Positions 6,981 to 16,441 of a stretch of 21,572 nucleotides of DNA are shown one piece after another. Under the pieces are notes generated by a model. That model ran no database searches and was not told the DNA's origin. It saw only the letters and a program-made list of their open reading frames with translations. Source of the stretch: a virus (lineage: Duplodnaviria; Heunggongvirae; Uroviricota; Caudoviricetes); IMG/VR virus record IMGVR_UViG_3300045988_085028, positions 1 through 21,572 of that record. One strand, 5' to 3'. Both the position numbers and the translations under genes were made by a program. Each line of letters starts with the position of its first letter. Positions within the stretch are counted from its first letter, which is position 1.

Positions 6981-8822
6981 CTACTGCCGGGTCGCTTCGT
7001 TAGCTAAGAGCGGGCGCACGGCAGTAGCAGCCTGATTTAGCGCTCTTTCATAAGCCGGCGTTCCAGCTTTAGTGTTTGCCAGACGTAAGAGAGCATTCCT
7101 TGCTACTTTGGACTCATACAAGCGCATCATTGCACCGAAACCAGCCTCAATCCCCATTGATACGCCAAGAGTCGCAGTTGCGCCAATCGTCCTTATCCTG
7201 TTGGCTTGCGATTGCCCCGTCTGAGTTACTACATTTGCGGTGTCTGACCTTGCTGTTTGCTGTAGAACTTCATGAAGAGCATCAAGCTCTTTCATGTGCT
7301 TTCCAGAAAAAATAGTGTTGTAAATTTCACCGCCTGACTGAGATTTCAGCTTATTAACTTCAGTGATGAACTTGGCTGGAGAGTCACCGGCCTTTTCCGC
7401 TATTTTGCTGACGTAAGCTGCACGCATAGCATCTTTCCCTTTATCATCCAATGCGCTCCAGATTCGTTTCACGTCAGATGGTTTTCTGCTTAATACAACG
7501 GTATTTATAAGTTCAGGACTGGCTTCACTGCTTGCCTTGTTGAGCTTGTTAGCAATGTTTTTATTAAGCACCTTATTATAAACGTTTGCATAATCGGAAT
7601 TTGCTTTAAGGTATTTTGCTGCGTCTGATGCACCGAGGTTTTTAGCAACTGCGTTACGAAGGTCTTTTGACATTGCATTCTCTACCATATTGGTAGCTGC
7701 TTTTGCCTGGTTGGGGAAGACCATAGCATCTCCCTGAACATTAGATCTAAATGCTGTTCTGTGCTGACGCAAGAGATCAAACGTAACATCCAAATCAGTT
7801 GCAGGGTTTGCTAATTCTTCACGTAGGTTACGCAAGGATGTAAGCAGGCTTTGATTGGCAGACGTCCCAAGTCGTTCCTGTCTTGCGATCGCTGTATTCA
7901 GAGCATTCATAGTATTTGTGGTATCAACTGCGGCATTACCCATTTTATTGGTGACGTCATTGATAACAGCGCCAGCGGCATCCTTCCGCCCCCTTAACGT
8001 GGTGGTCAGAGATTTCACCACATCATCAGGGTTGTACTCACCAAAACGATCAAAATAATTACTTACCAGCTTACTACGCGTTTCATATTGCTCCGCTCGC
8101 TTTGAGCCTGTCCCGAGCAAAGCCCCCTCGGCATCCTGAGTAAGTCCGCGAGTGAAAGCATTTTTCGGCGGGATAACATCAGATGTCATTGGTGTCACGC
8201 CCATCGATTCTGATGTGGCAATTTTCTTCGCCACTTCTGGCGCAATATCACCTTTTATAGCCGTTATTCCACGCCCTATTCCCTTTGCTGCTGCGGAAAG
8301 AACACCCTGAGCGGCAAGGTTAACTCCGGCATTTTTAGCTGCATTTTGTGCGAAATCGCCTTTCTGATTTGCGGCCTCTGCCAGCGATCCAATAGCCATG
8401 CTTCCTGCCGTTCCAACTCCTGGAACTAAATACCCACCAATTGTTTCACCGGCTTGTGCGTATGGGTCTGTCGGTCTGTCTACTGGACGATAAACATCAT
8501 CCAAAACTTTTGGCCCACCAAGCCCCTGGCTGATTGCATTAATCAGACTTGCGCCACCCTGCAATACGTCAAATGGTATGTTTACCAGACCACGACCAGC
8601 CTGCTCTGCAATTTTCCCTGCACTTTGACCACCTGTGAGCCAATCGCCAGCTTGTTGCATCAATGATGGTTCTTCCCGTGTTGGTGCATTATTGGCCTGA
8701 TTAACTGTTTGTTGCTGAACAGCCTGACCAGCAAAATACTCATCAATGGCGGTGCCAATATCTTCGGTGCTCGTACCATCAGGGAAGGTAAATGTCTTAC
8801 CGTTTGCAGTTACTTTCATCAT
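6981..8822 (-). CDS. Ejection (DNA-transfer) protein gp16
   Basis: 613 aa, begins [16 protein letters not shown] like P22 gp16 (about 609 aa). Last of the gp7-gp20-gp16 trio. Start overlaps the gp20 stop. Confidence 0.85.
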   Translation of the reverse strand: MMKVTANGKTFTFPDGTSTEDIGTAIDEYFAGQAVQQQTVNQANNAPTREEPSLMQQAGDWLTGGQSAGKIAEQAGRGLVNIPFDVLQGGASLINAISQGLGGPKVLDDVYRPVDRPTDPYAQAGETIGGYLVPGVGTAGSMAIGSLAEAANQKGDFAQNAAKNAGVNLAAQGVLSAAAKGIGRGITAIKGDIAPEVAKKIATSESMGVTPMTSDVIPPKNAFTRGLTQDAEGALLGTGSKRAEQYETRSKLVSNYFDRFGEYNPDDVVKSLTTTLRGRKDAAGAVINDVTNKMGNAAVDTTNTMNALNTAIARQERLGTSANQSLLTSLRNLREELANPATDLDVTFDLLRQHRTAFRSNVQGDAMVFPNQAKAATNMVENAMSKDLRNAVAKNLGASDAAKYLKANSDYANVYNKVLNKNIANKLNKASSEASPELINTVVLSRKPSDVKRIWSALDDKGKDAMRAAYVSKIAEKAGDSPAKFITEVNKLKSQSGGEIYNTIFSGKHMKELDALHEVLQQTARSDTANVVTQTGQSQANRIRTIGATATLGVSMGIEAGFGAMMRLYESKVARNALLRLANTKAGTPAYERALNQAATAVRPLLANEATRQ

Positions 8823-10225
8823 TCCACCGTAAATTGAATGCCTGATTTTGAGGTATATGATCCAACCTGATTCCTTGGTTCTCCTGAAGGTGTCGAATCT
8901 TGTGCTGGCGCTGCGTCAGTATTCATTGACATATACCGCTTAACGGCACTCCCCAATGATTCACCTTTTTTAACATCCAACCCCAATATCTGACCGCCAT
9001 TACGCGATTGTCCTGGATTGCCATTCGCGCTCATCCACTCGGCTTTAAACTCATTAAACTGCGCGTTTCGTCGCTCAAGGTTTGCCATCGCATCAAGCCA
9101 TCTTGCGACCGTCTCAGGGTTATCCATGTCAGTTGGCGCACCCTGTCGAACGATCTCAACGTCTTTATCCGTTGCTGGGCCGGGAGGTAGGAATTTAAGA
9201 ACCTGACTGTTAACAAGGGCATTTTGGCGAATGCGCAAATCACGCAATGTTGTATCGCTTCCGGTAAGTTTTGCGAACATGTTCTGTGCGTTACCGAACA
9301 AACCTGTCGTTGGTTTTTCTGCTCTGAACTGTTGAGCAAGCGCACTCATAGAATTGGCTGAGTTTGATGATGCTGTAGCATTGTTTACAGCCGTCTCGAT
9401 GCCTTTTTCCATGTTTACTGACAGCTTAGGTGCTTCGCTAATCAACTGCTGAGCCTTTTCCTGCGCTTGCTGCATCTTAAACCCGAACTCTTGCTGATCC
9501 AGAGCCAAGCGTTGTGCTGCGATATTGTGCCCTGTCATTGCTGACTGATAGGAAAGGTTTTGCCCTCTCGCCTGAAGTGCCTCGCCAGCCTGATTGCTGC
9601 GGATTGTCTCTGCCAGCCTGCCTCGGTCAATCTCACGACCAGCCATCTTGTCCTGAACATTGAAGTAGTCAATCGGACCGAGAGCAGCCATCCCAAGGTG
9701 ATCAACAAACTCACCAAATCCTGAAGGATTCTGCTGATACATCTGAGCAACGCTGTTAGGGTCAACACCGACGCGAGTCAGTTCCTTGGCGTTGTTTTGC
9801 AGCCATGATTGCATTGCTTCTGGAGACGATGACGCAAGGCGTGCGCCAGCCGCTAAGGTGCCGATAGAATTGCGCTGGTCTTCATCAATGAATCCCATGC
9901 CTTTACGAACGGATTCAATCTGGTCTGGATATTGAGTAGCCAACTGACGCAAAGCACCGCGATCACCAGACGCATAAGCATTAGCGTACGCCTGCTGAAA
10001 TTCTTTCTGCCGCTGAGCCTGCTTTTCCTGCTGAAACACCCCTGCAATGCCTGAAAGGCCTTGCAAAGCAGTAAGCCCAACATTGTTAGCGCCTGAACGC
10101 TCAATATCATTGTTCTGCCTGATAAGCTGAAGCGTATTGCCGATGTCATTTACGCTCGGAGCGTTTGAGTTGACGCCGCCGATACCAGCTAACAATCCGC
10201 CATTTGATCCTTGCCAAGTAGCCAT
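8819..10225 (-). CDS. Ejection protein gp20
   Basis: 468 aa (P22 gp20 is about 471 aa), [10 protein letters not shown]... N-terminus, conserved position between gp7 and gp16. Confidence 0.85.
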   Translation of the reverse strand: MATWQGSNGGLLAGIGGVNSNAPSVNDIGNTLQLIRQNNDIERSGANNVGLTALQGLSGIAGVFQQEKQAQRQKEFQQAYANAYASGDRGALRQLATQYPDQIESVRKGMGFIDEDQRNSIGTLAAGARLASSSPEAMQSWLQNNAKELTRVGVDPNSVAQMYQQNPSGFGEFVDHLGMAALGPIDYFNVQDKMAGREIDRGRLAETIRSNQAGEALQARGQNLSYQSAMTGHNIAAQRLALDQQEFGFKMQQAQEKAQQLISEAPKLSVNMEKGIETAVNNATASSNSANSMSALAQQFRAEKPTTGLFGNAQNMFAKLTGSDTTLRDLRIRQNALVNSQVLKFLPPGPATDKDVEIVRQGAPTDMDNPETVARWLDAMANLERRNAQFNEFKAEWMSANGNPGQSRNGGQILGLDVKKGESLGSAVKRYMSMNTDAAPAQDSTPSGEPRNQVGSYTSKSGIQFTVE

Positions 10226-10234
10226 GATTACCCC

Positions 10235-10927
10235 TTAAAACAACGAGCCAAGCAATCCGATACCAGCACCAATGCCAGCGCCCCAAGGTGTTGATGTTCC
10301 CAAAAGGCTGGCAAGACCTGCACCGGCAATCGCACCAGACGTTCCGCCACTAATTGCTGTCTGAAGACTTGATGGTTTGTTGGCATTAGCAGCGGCAAGA
10401 GCTGCGCTTTGCTGTGCAATGCTGCTCATGTTGTTGGCGTACGTCTGCCCGGCGTTTGCCTGACCTTGCAGAGCACCAAGCCCAACGTTTGCCAGATTGT
10501 TGTAATTGCTCATCTGGTTTGATAACCAAGACTGACCGAGAGTCGGCGCGATCGTAGCCAGTTGATTGCTTGTGGCTGTCGAACCAAGTCCTCCCGTAGC
10601 CTCCGCAGCAGCAAGACTCTGGTAACGAGCCTGACCTGCAAGGTCTTTATACTGCTGAGAGTTGTAATACTGATTAAGTGCCTGCCCCTGACCTTCTAAA
10701 CTGGAAAGGTTCTGAAGCTGGTTAACATACTGCTCCGCAAGAGGCGTGAACGGAGCAAGGTTTTTCATGATCGTCTGCCACTGCTGATTTTGCAGGTCTG
10801 CGGCATACTTCTGAGCTTCTGCTGCATACTTTGCGCTTTTATCAGAGCTACCACCTTTCCCGCCTTTTTCAGGGCACCAAGGTTCCTCGCCGCGCAGTTT
10901 TCTGCCCAGCTTAAATGCATATAACAT
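10235..10927 (-). CDS. Ejection protein gp7
   Basis: 230 aa; MLYAFKLGRKLRGEEP...GGKGGSSDKSAKYAAEAQKYAADLQNQQ and the glycine-rich C-terminus closely match P22 gp7 from memory. Confidence 0.85.
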   Translation of the reverse strand: MLYAFKLGRKLRGEEPWCPEKGGKGGSSDKSAKYAAEAQKYAADLQNQQWQTIMKNLAPFTPLAEQYVNQLQNLSSLEGQGQALNQYYNSQQYKDLAGQARYQSLAAAEATGGLGSTATSNQLATIAPTLGQSWLSNQMSNYNNLANVGLGALQGQANAGQTYANNMSSIAQQSAALAAANANKPSSLQTAISGGTSGAIAGAGLASLLGTSTPWGAGIGAGIGLLGSLF

Positions 10928-10929
10928 GG

Positions 10930-11385
10930 CTATCTCCCATGATTCAGGAAGTCGATTAGTTCTTCGCGTGTTGCGCTGTAAAAAGTCACGTCATCCACGC
11001 CTTTGAAGTATTTCTTGATGGTTCCTACACGCTTAAGGCCAATCATTGCGCAGTACATCTGCCCGTGGCGGAATTTGCGTGCAGCGAACGATGTTACGCA
11101 CTGAACGGTGGTGTTAGTCAGAATGTATCGCCAGAACGCCAGCCCGATTTCCTTGCTGAATCCACGAACCTCTGGCAGGTACATGGCGTGGCAATCGAAT
11201 GTCAGCGGCTGAATCTCCTGATAGTAAACAATGCCGCCGAACTGCCCGTGCACGTTCACCTCAAAGTAACGGCATTCAGGCTTGTAGTCGTATCCATCAC
11301 CGTTGTTGCTTCCGGCAATAATGTCAGGGTGATTTCCGACAGCTTCGATCAGGTCGATGTTTCGCGTTGGTTTGAATGTAATCAT
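10930..11385 (-). CDS. Head/ejection-associated protein gp14
   Basis: 151 aa, at the conserved position between tail needle gp26 and gp7. Start overlaps the gp26 stop (ATGA). Confidence 0.7.
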   Translation of the reverse strand: MITFKPTRNIDLIEAVGNHPDIIAGSNNGDGYDYKPECRYFEVNVHGQFGGIVYYQEIQPLTFDCHAMYLPEVRGFSKEIGLAFWRYILTNTTVQCVTSFAARKFRHGQMYCAMIGLKRVGTIKKYFKGVDDVTFYSATREELIDFLNHGR

Positions 11386-12086
11386 CAGTCAATCAGCCCA
11401 TGTAATCTAAGTGCCGTTTCAAGCGCCAGAATACGCTGCCGCGCCTGCTGCAAACCTGTAGCGAGAGCCGCGACTTCGGATTGTGTGTACGTAGTGCCGA
11501 CCGTGTATGACTGGTTAGCGTTGAATGAGCCAAGAAGAGGTGTACCTGTGGCTGCAGTCCATCCGGTCTGCCTTGCTCCAACGACCTGAATTCCATCAAC
11601 TGAATATGATGTTTTTACATCCAGCGGTGACGCAAGAGACTGCGATTCGGTTACGGTTTTCGATACGTAATCACTCTTAATGCCAGAGACATCGTTTTCT
11701 ACGTTATCCAGTCTTTGGTCAACAGTGACCAGATGCGCCTGAATATCGATAACCTCATCCAGCAAGTAATCAACATCGCTACGCAGTACGACTATCTTCC
11801 CTTCGGCAGTTGTTAACCTGACCTCAAGTAGATTTATCGATTTTGTGTTTGCGGTGATTCTTGCATCGTGATCTGCCAGTTCGACGTCCTGTTCATCGTT
11901 TTTTACCTGGGCATCGTAAGCGCCCTGACCAGCCTGATTTGCCTTCCCGGCAATTGCGCCGACATCAGCCCCCTGATTAATGACATACAGCAGGTAAGAC
12001 TGGCTGAATATATTGCGTGGCAAAATTGAAGTATCAAGGCGCGTAGCCTGAACCGCGACAGGATTATTCAGTGATGAATCCGCCAT
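11385..12086 (-). CDS. Tail needle protein gp26 (trimeric coiled-coil plug)
   Basis: 233 aa. The N-terminus [36 protein letters not shown]...[31 protein letters not shown] and the C-terminal ...ALRLHGLID match P22 gp26 from memory. Confidence 0.85.
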   Translation of the reverse strand: MADSSLNNPVAVQATRLDTSILPRNIFSQSYLLYVINQGADVGAIAGKANQAGQGAYDAQVKNDEQDVELADHDARITANTKSINLLEVRLTTAEGKIVVLRSDVDYLLDEVIDIQAHLVTVDQRLDNVENDVSGIKSDYVSKTVTESQSLASPLDVKTSYSVDGIQVVGARQTGWTAATGTPLLGSFNANQSYTVGTTYTQSEVAALATGLQQARQRILALETALRLHGLID

Positions 12087-13504
12087 TACTCAATCCTTAT
12101 CTGGCAGCCTGACAGAGTGACAGGTGACTTCGTGATAACGCGCAATTTGAAACCGACATTTTTCCTGATGCGCCCTACTCGCTTCCACAAAACGCGTTTG
12201 TCGTAAACGAACGGTTCATTCTGCTCAATCATCTGCTCACGACCGTAATTGATGCCGTCAGTGGTTGCAGAGAGGAACAGGCGGTCAGCGTACTGCGCAA
12301 CGCCAGTTGAAGATTCAACTTCAAGGTCGAAAACTCTGGCGTTATCTGCTTTGAACAACGGAGTAAACAGCAGGTGTTCCTGTTGCTTGTCGTACTGGCT
12401 GCTGATATCGAACTGCAATTTCCCGGTCACGGACTCCAGCTTATCGCCGCACGTTATCTGATTGCCTTCGTAAATGAAGTCGATAGCGCGGTACACATCG
12501 TCATACAGGCCTGTTTTCAACACACACCATTGCGGACCATTGGCGCTTGAAGATGCGTCGTACACGAGAACATGGCGCGGAAGGTGGATAATCAGCAACT
12601 CATGAGCATCAAATCGCAGCGATTCCATCACACCATCAGCCAGTTCATCAGCAGTGTAGGAGCGGAGGATTTTCTCAATGCTCGCGCTGGCGATTGGTGA
12701 CACCTGACCGGAGCCGATGATGTATACAGACGGCGCACCTGTTGCCGGATTGCTGATGAACGCATACGAATCAGCAAACGGCGTTTTGCAGTAAGTCCCG
12801 GCAATGCCTTTCTGCACCATCAGCGATGGCTGTGCGACATACAAAGCAGCACCAACTGTGGTTGCACCAGTCAGGGAGAAATATTCAATCGTCGATGAAC
12901 CAAAGCAGACGATGAAGTCTCGCCATGTGCCGATACCGATGATGCCGTCCGGCTGCGATTCTGCGCGATATTGTGCGCTGTAACGGTCAGGATGCGATTC
13001 GTCTTCAAGGTCAGTGATAAACCATGAATCAGTGCCGTCTTTTGACCACGCATAACGCCCACGTAAGCGCGTAATGTCACGAACAGAACCTAACTCATAC
13101 TGCGTAAACCCGCTGTCTGCAGGCCAGTTTGAGACGGTTTTAACCGTGCCATCATAACGGTATTCGACCAGTTGCCCGTTAACGCCTACCGCCTGTGATG
13201 TTCGACCATGCGCCATTGATACGCGACCACTTCCGGCAACATCACCGACTTCACTTTCGCCCTTATACAACTTGCCACCGCAAACGCGATAAACAGCATT
13301 CTGCGCCATGTTGTGCTCGACACCGCGCGATACACCATTCACATCAGAACGTTTGGCAATGCCCGGGAATGAGCGAAGATATCCGCTGCTGTTGAGGATT
13401 TCTTTGGGTGTAGCCAGCATATTCACTGGCAGATAGTCGATATAGTCGGCGTTTCGAAAGTCTTTGCCGACACCTTTCATAAGCGGAAGTTGCTGAATCG
13501 GCAT
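12086..13504 (-). CDS. Tail hub/head-completion protein gp10
   Basis: 472 aa, the same length as P22 gp10, at the conserved position between gp4 and gp26. Confidence 0.8.
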   Translation of the reverse strand: MPIQQLPLMKGVGKDFRNADYIDYLPVNMLATPKEILNSSGYLRSFPGIAKRSDVNGVSRGVEHNMAQNAVYRVCGGKLYKGESEVGDVAGSGRVSMAHGRTSQAVGVNGQLVEYRYDGTVKTVSNWPADSGFTQYELGSVRDITRLRGRYAWSKDGTDSWFITDLEDESHPDRYSAQYRAESQPDGIIGIGTWRDFIVCFGSSTIEYFSLTGATTVGAALYVAQPSLMVQKGIAGTYCKTPFADSYAFISNPATGAPSVYIIGSGQVSPIASASIEKILRSYTADELADGVMESLRFDAHELLIIHLPRHVLVYDASSSANGPQWCVLKTGLYDDVYRAIDFIYEGNQITCGDKLESVTGKLQFDISSQYDKQQEHLLFTPLFKADNARVFDLEVESSTGVAQYADRLFLSATTDGINYGREQMIEQNEPFVYDKRVLWKRVGRIRKNVGFKLRVITKSPVTLSGCQIRIE

Positions 13505-13513
13505 TTATTCACC

Positions 13514-13975
13514 TCACGTACTCGGATCATCTTTCTCGATGTAAAACCGATTCCACGTAAACGCGCTTTTGTTACCACTACCGCGAGGCATATCATTTCG
13601 CCGCTCAAGTGGTGGTATTTTGGTTAAAGCGATGCAGATTGTCTGATATGCACTGTCAGCAGCGGTAAGGAGAGCGTCTGACGGCTGAATGACGTTATCC
13701 ATGCACACCTGCACAGCGAGCTTCAAAGCGACGCCATCATTTGCCCATGCAGGGATACCTGAATCATCGTCAGGTAACGGCATGATGCCGTTTTCTGTAT
13801 CAGCAAACTGATATCCAAGCTCGATACCTTTAGCCTGCCATGCTGCCATCATGTCTTCGAGGTCATTAATGGCATCTTCAATTGCCTGAGGGTCAGCATC
13901 TGTCAACGTGGCATTGGAATACAGCCCGGCTTTTCGTAAAGCCTTAAGAACGAGATCACCCTTCGTTTTCGCCAT
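13514..13975 (-). CDS. Head-completion/tail adaptor protein gp4
   Basis: 153 aa. MAKTKGDLVLKALRKAG...TLTDADPQAIEDAINDLEDMMAAW and the C-terminal ...MPRGSGN motif resemble P22 gp4 from memory. Confidence 0.75.
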   Translation of the reverse strand: MAKTKGDLVLKALRKAGLYSNATLTDADPQAIEDAINDLEDMMAAWQAKGIELGYQFADTENGIMPLPDDDSGIPAWANDGVALKLAVQVCMDNVIQPSDALLTAADSAYQTICIALTKIPPLERRNDMPRGSGNKSAFTWNRFYIEKDDPST

Positions 13976-14144
13976 CTTCTTCCGCCTTAGCCACTTTATG
14001 CTTCGTTGCGGTTTCTTCAGGAGTTTTTACCCAGCCTTTTTTCAGGTGAGATTTAACTTCTTCGTCATCAACAATGATGTAATCGACAGCAAACTGACCA
14101 CAGGTGATCATGTTGCCAGGCTTATAGAGCATTGTTCGTGCCAT
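13956..14144 (-). CDS. Small hypothetical protein (62 aa) between coat and gp4
   Basis: ATG at 14142-14144 is preceded by GGGAGAAG. The ORF-track start at 14183 would run through the coat terminator hairpin, so the shorter start is preferred. Overlaps the gp4 start by 20 nt. Confidence 0.4.
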   Translation of the reverse strand: MARTMLYKPGNMITCGQFAVDYIIVDDEEVKSHLKKGWVKTPEETATKHKVAKAEEDGENEG

Positions 14145-14155
14145 TGTCTTCTCCC

Positions 14156-14180
14156 AATAAAAATGGGGCCGAAGCCCCAC
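14156..14180 (-). terminator. Rho-independent terminator immediately downstream of the coat gene
   Basis: On the - strand: GGGGC-TTCG-GCCCC (+ strand 14165-14178) followed by ATTTTTATT. It begins 7 nt after the coat stop codon. Confidence 0.65.
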
Positions 14181-14185
14181 CAAAA

Positions 14186-15439
14186 TTACTGCCCGGCAAT
14201 AACGATGCCCGTATATTCAGGAACAAGTACAGAGCAACCGTACAGAGTGGTGAAACGAGCAGTGGTTACGCCTTTGATGTGGTCGAAGGCGTAAGACATG
14301 ATCAGCGTAGCGCCCTGCTCGGTGGTTGCTGTCATTACCTGTGGACCCTGACCAGTCGGGAACGCCAGTTTTCCGTACATCAGTTCAACAGAACCATCAG
14401 CCCAGAACAGGTTAGCCGGTGCTGCATTTTTGTTGAGAATGGTAATTGCTGCACCATTTGCCGCGTTAGCATCAACGTTTGCATATGGACGGCTGGCAAC
14501 ATCTGCGTTGTCAGGCGGCAGAATTTTCGGGGAGATAGTTACTGTCGTTCCGCTTACTGCCAGAACGCGGAATACCTGCGGCTGCCCGGTGGTGTCTTTG
14601 GTGATCTGGTGTACAGAATTCACGCCAGCAATGGTGAACGCATCGCCAACCTGCAAACCAGATGCAGATACCGTAATGGTCCCCTGTCGGTTATCCACTG
14701 GCATATCGTTGGCATCTTTCGCTTCAACCTTGTGCGCAGGTTCAGCCGCCAGCGTCAGGGAAGTTGCTGTACCTTTCGGAACACGACCAGAAATATCGGT
14801 CTTGTAGCTATCGAAGGACGCAACCGGAGGGATCTGCGCTTTTTCGTATGCTGTCAGGGTTGCGCCCTGAGCATAGGCACGGTGACCAAGCTCGCCAGCA
14901 AGGTCTTTGTAGTTGAAGGGGTTCCAGAAAGAGCGACGGTTGATACCCTGAGGTACACCAATCGCCGTCATGGTGGCATCAATACCTGCCGCACAGTTCC
15001 ACAAATCACGGCCCTGTGAACCAGTGGTTGAGTCAGCCATTGTGATCACGTTAGTAGCACGCTGCGTGACCATGGAAATCAGGTCAGAGTCAATCTGTGC
15101 AGCAAGGCGCATACCTGCGGCGCGACCAGCTTCAGTTTTATGTTCCGGGTCACGCATTTCACGCGCATCCAGAGTGTACAGAATGTTTTTCGGCTCCTTG
15201 AACACAGAAGGAACAAGGCGCTGAACCAGTGCTGTTGGCGTTTTGCTGCTGAGGTCGAGGCCTTCCTCAATATTCATGTGGTAATGCTGCGGACGATACA
15301 GAACATCACCTGCTCGCTGCATTGCTGTATCACCGGGACGGAATTTTTTAGCGTTACGGGAAACTACGCAGGCGGCCTCAAAGCCTTCAACGTAGTTTTC
15401 GAACATGATTTCAAGGTCTTTTGCTAATTGGTTAGCCAT
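14186..15439 (-). CDS. Major capsid (coat) protein, P22 gp5 family
   Basis: 417 aa, between scaffold and gp4 in the conserved morphogenetic order, with a strong terminator after it. Sequence is diverged from P22 coat, so the call is by position, size and context. Confidence 0.8.
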   Translation of the reverse strand: MANQLAKDLEIMFENYVEGFEAACVVSRNAKKFRPGDTAMQRAGDVLYRPQHYHMNIEEGLDLSSKTPTALVQRLVPSVFKEPKNILYTLDAREMRDPEHKTEAGRAAGMRLAAQIDSDLISMVTQRATNVITMADSTTGSQGRDLWNCAAGIDATMTAIGVPQGINRRSFWNPFNYKDLAGELGHRAYAQGATLTAYEKAQIPPVASFDSYKTDISGRVPKGTATSLTLAAEPAHKVEAKDANDMPVDNRQGTITVSASGLQVGDAFTIAGVNSVHQITKDTTGQPQVFRVLAVSGTTVTISPKILPPDNADVASRPYANVDANAANGAAITILNKNAAPANLFWADGSVELMYGKLAFPTGQGPQVMTATTEQGATLIMSYAFDHIKGVTTARFTTLYGCSVLVPEYTGIVIAGQ

Positions 15440-15457
15440 GCTTAATGCTCCGATAGG

Positions 15458-16351
15458 TTATTTTTTTGCCTTTTTAGCGGCGAAATACGGCGTCCAGTCA
15501 CCAGTTTCCAGCGCCTTGGCTTTCAATTTGTCGATGTTGTTGATTACTGCGCCGTTGCTCCCCTTAACTGTCGGGGTTGTGGCTGCCGTGGTTTTTGCTT
15601 TTGGCATGATTCTGGCCTTCGATTCGATACGTTCCAGCAGACGACCAATTGCTACGGGGTTGGTAGCTTCTGCCAGTTGCTTGCGCAGTTCAGCGTTGCG
15701 ACCGAGTGCCAGAACAACGATTTCCGGCTTCTCTGACTCAAACAGGATCGCGTTTTGTGTCTCGATGGGGATTTCCTCGAGTACGGCCTGCTCAGCTTCC
15801 TGATAGCCAGGAACTTTGAGAGCCTTAACACGTTGCTGATATTTGGATAATCGCTCTTGATAGGCAGCCTGAAGCTCCTGCTCCTTCTGCTTGCGAGCCA
15901 TCTCCTGTTGCTGGTACTTGCCGTTATCCTCTGCCCACTTAGCCATGCGTTGCTGGTAGATTTCTTCATCGAAACCGATGTCCTCATCGTCCAGTTTTGG
16001 CATTCGCGGTGGTTGAGTAATTACCGGCTGCTGCTCGACGGGTTTCTGAGACTGACGCATCAGCTCTTTCAGCTCGCGGTCTTTCTCTTTAATCGTCTTG
16101 CGCAGGTGTTTTACCAGTCCATGCTCTGCGCCATCTTCGCTGGTTGGCGAATCCAGCTTTTCGTCACCAAAGTAGAATTCCTGTTCTGATTCGTCGTCAT
16201 CAGTTTCAGTAGCTTCCTCTGCATCATTGCCGGAGGACTCACTGCCATCTTCTGTTTCGACTTCTTCAGCCAGTTCGACATCATCAGGAATCTGCTCTGA
16301 CGCGTCGGTTTCGATTTCAACTTCTGGTGTGTTTTCTGCCATCTGGTCCAT
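15458..16351 (-). CDS. Scaffolding protein
   Basis: 297 aa. Very acidic N-terminus (D/E-rich), Q/E/K-rich coiled-coil middle and a basic C-terminal tail (...FAAKKAKK). Lies between portal and coat as in P22 (gp8). Confidence 0.75.
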   Translation of the reverse strand: MDQMAENTPEVEIETDASEQIPDDVELAEEVETEDGSESSGNDAEEATETDDDESEQEFYFGDEKLDSPTSEDGAEHGLVKHLRKTIKEKDRELKELMRQSQKPVEQQPVITQPPRMPKLDDEDIGFDEEIYQQRMAKWAEDNGKYQQQEMARKQKEQELQAAYQERLSKYQQRVKALKVPGYQEAEQAVLEEIPIETQNAILFESEKPEIVVLALGRNAELRKQLAEATNPVAIGRLLERIESKARIMPKAKTTAATTPTVKGSNGAVINNIDKLKAKALETGDWTPYFAAKKAKK

Positions 16352-16441
16352 TTGTTACCCCTGTTTACTCGATGTTCAGCCCATCGGAAGGCAATAGGTT
16401 GCCAGGCCTCATAAAGACAGCCATTGCACGTTATGGGTTAA

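Noticed and set aside
14132-15019. 295-aa + strand ORF antisense to the coat gene (also 14430..14807 and 14970..15224)
   Set aside because: Lies entirely opposite a well-supported conserved structural gene. Cys/Arg-rich low-complexity translation typical of antisense frames in GC-rich coding DNA. No RBS context.
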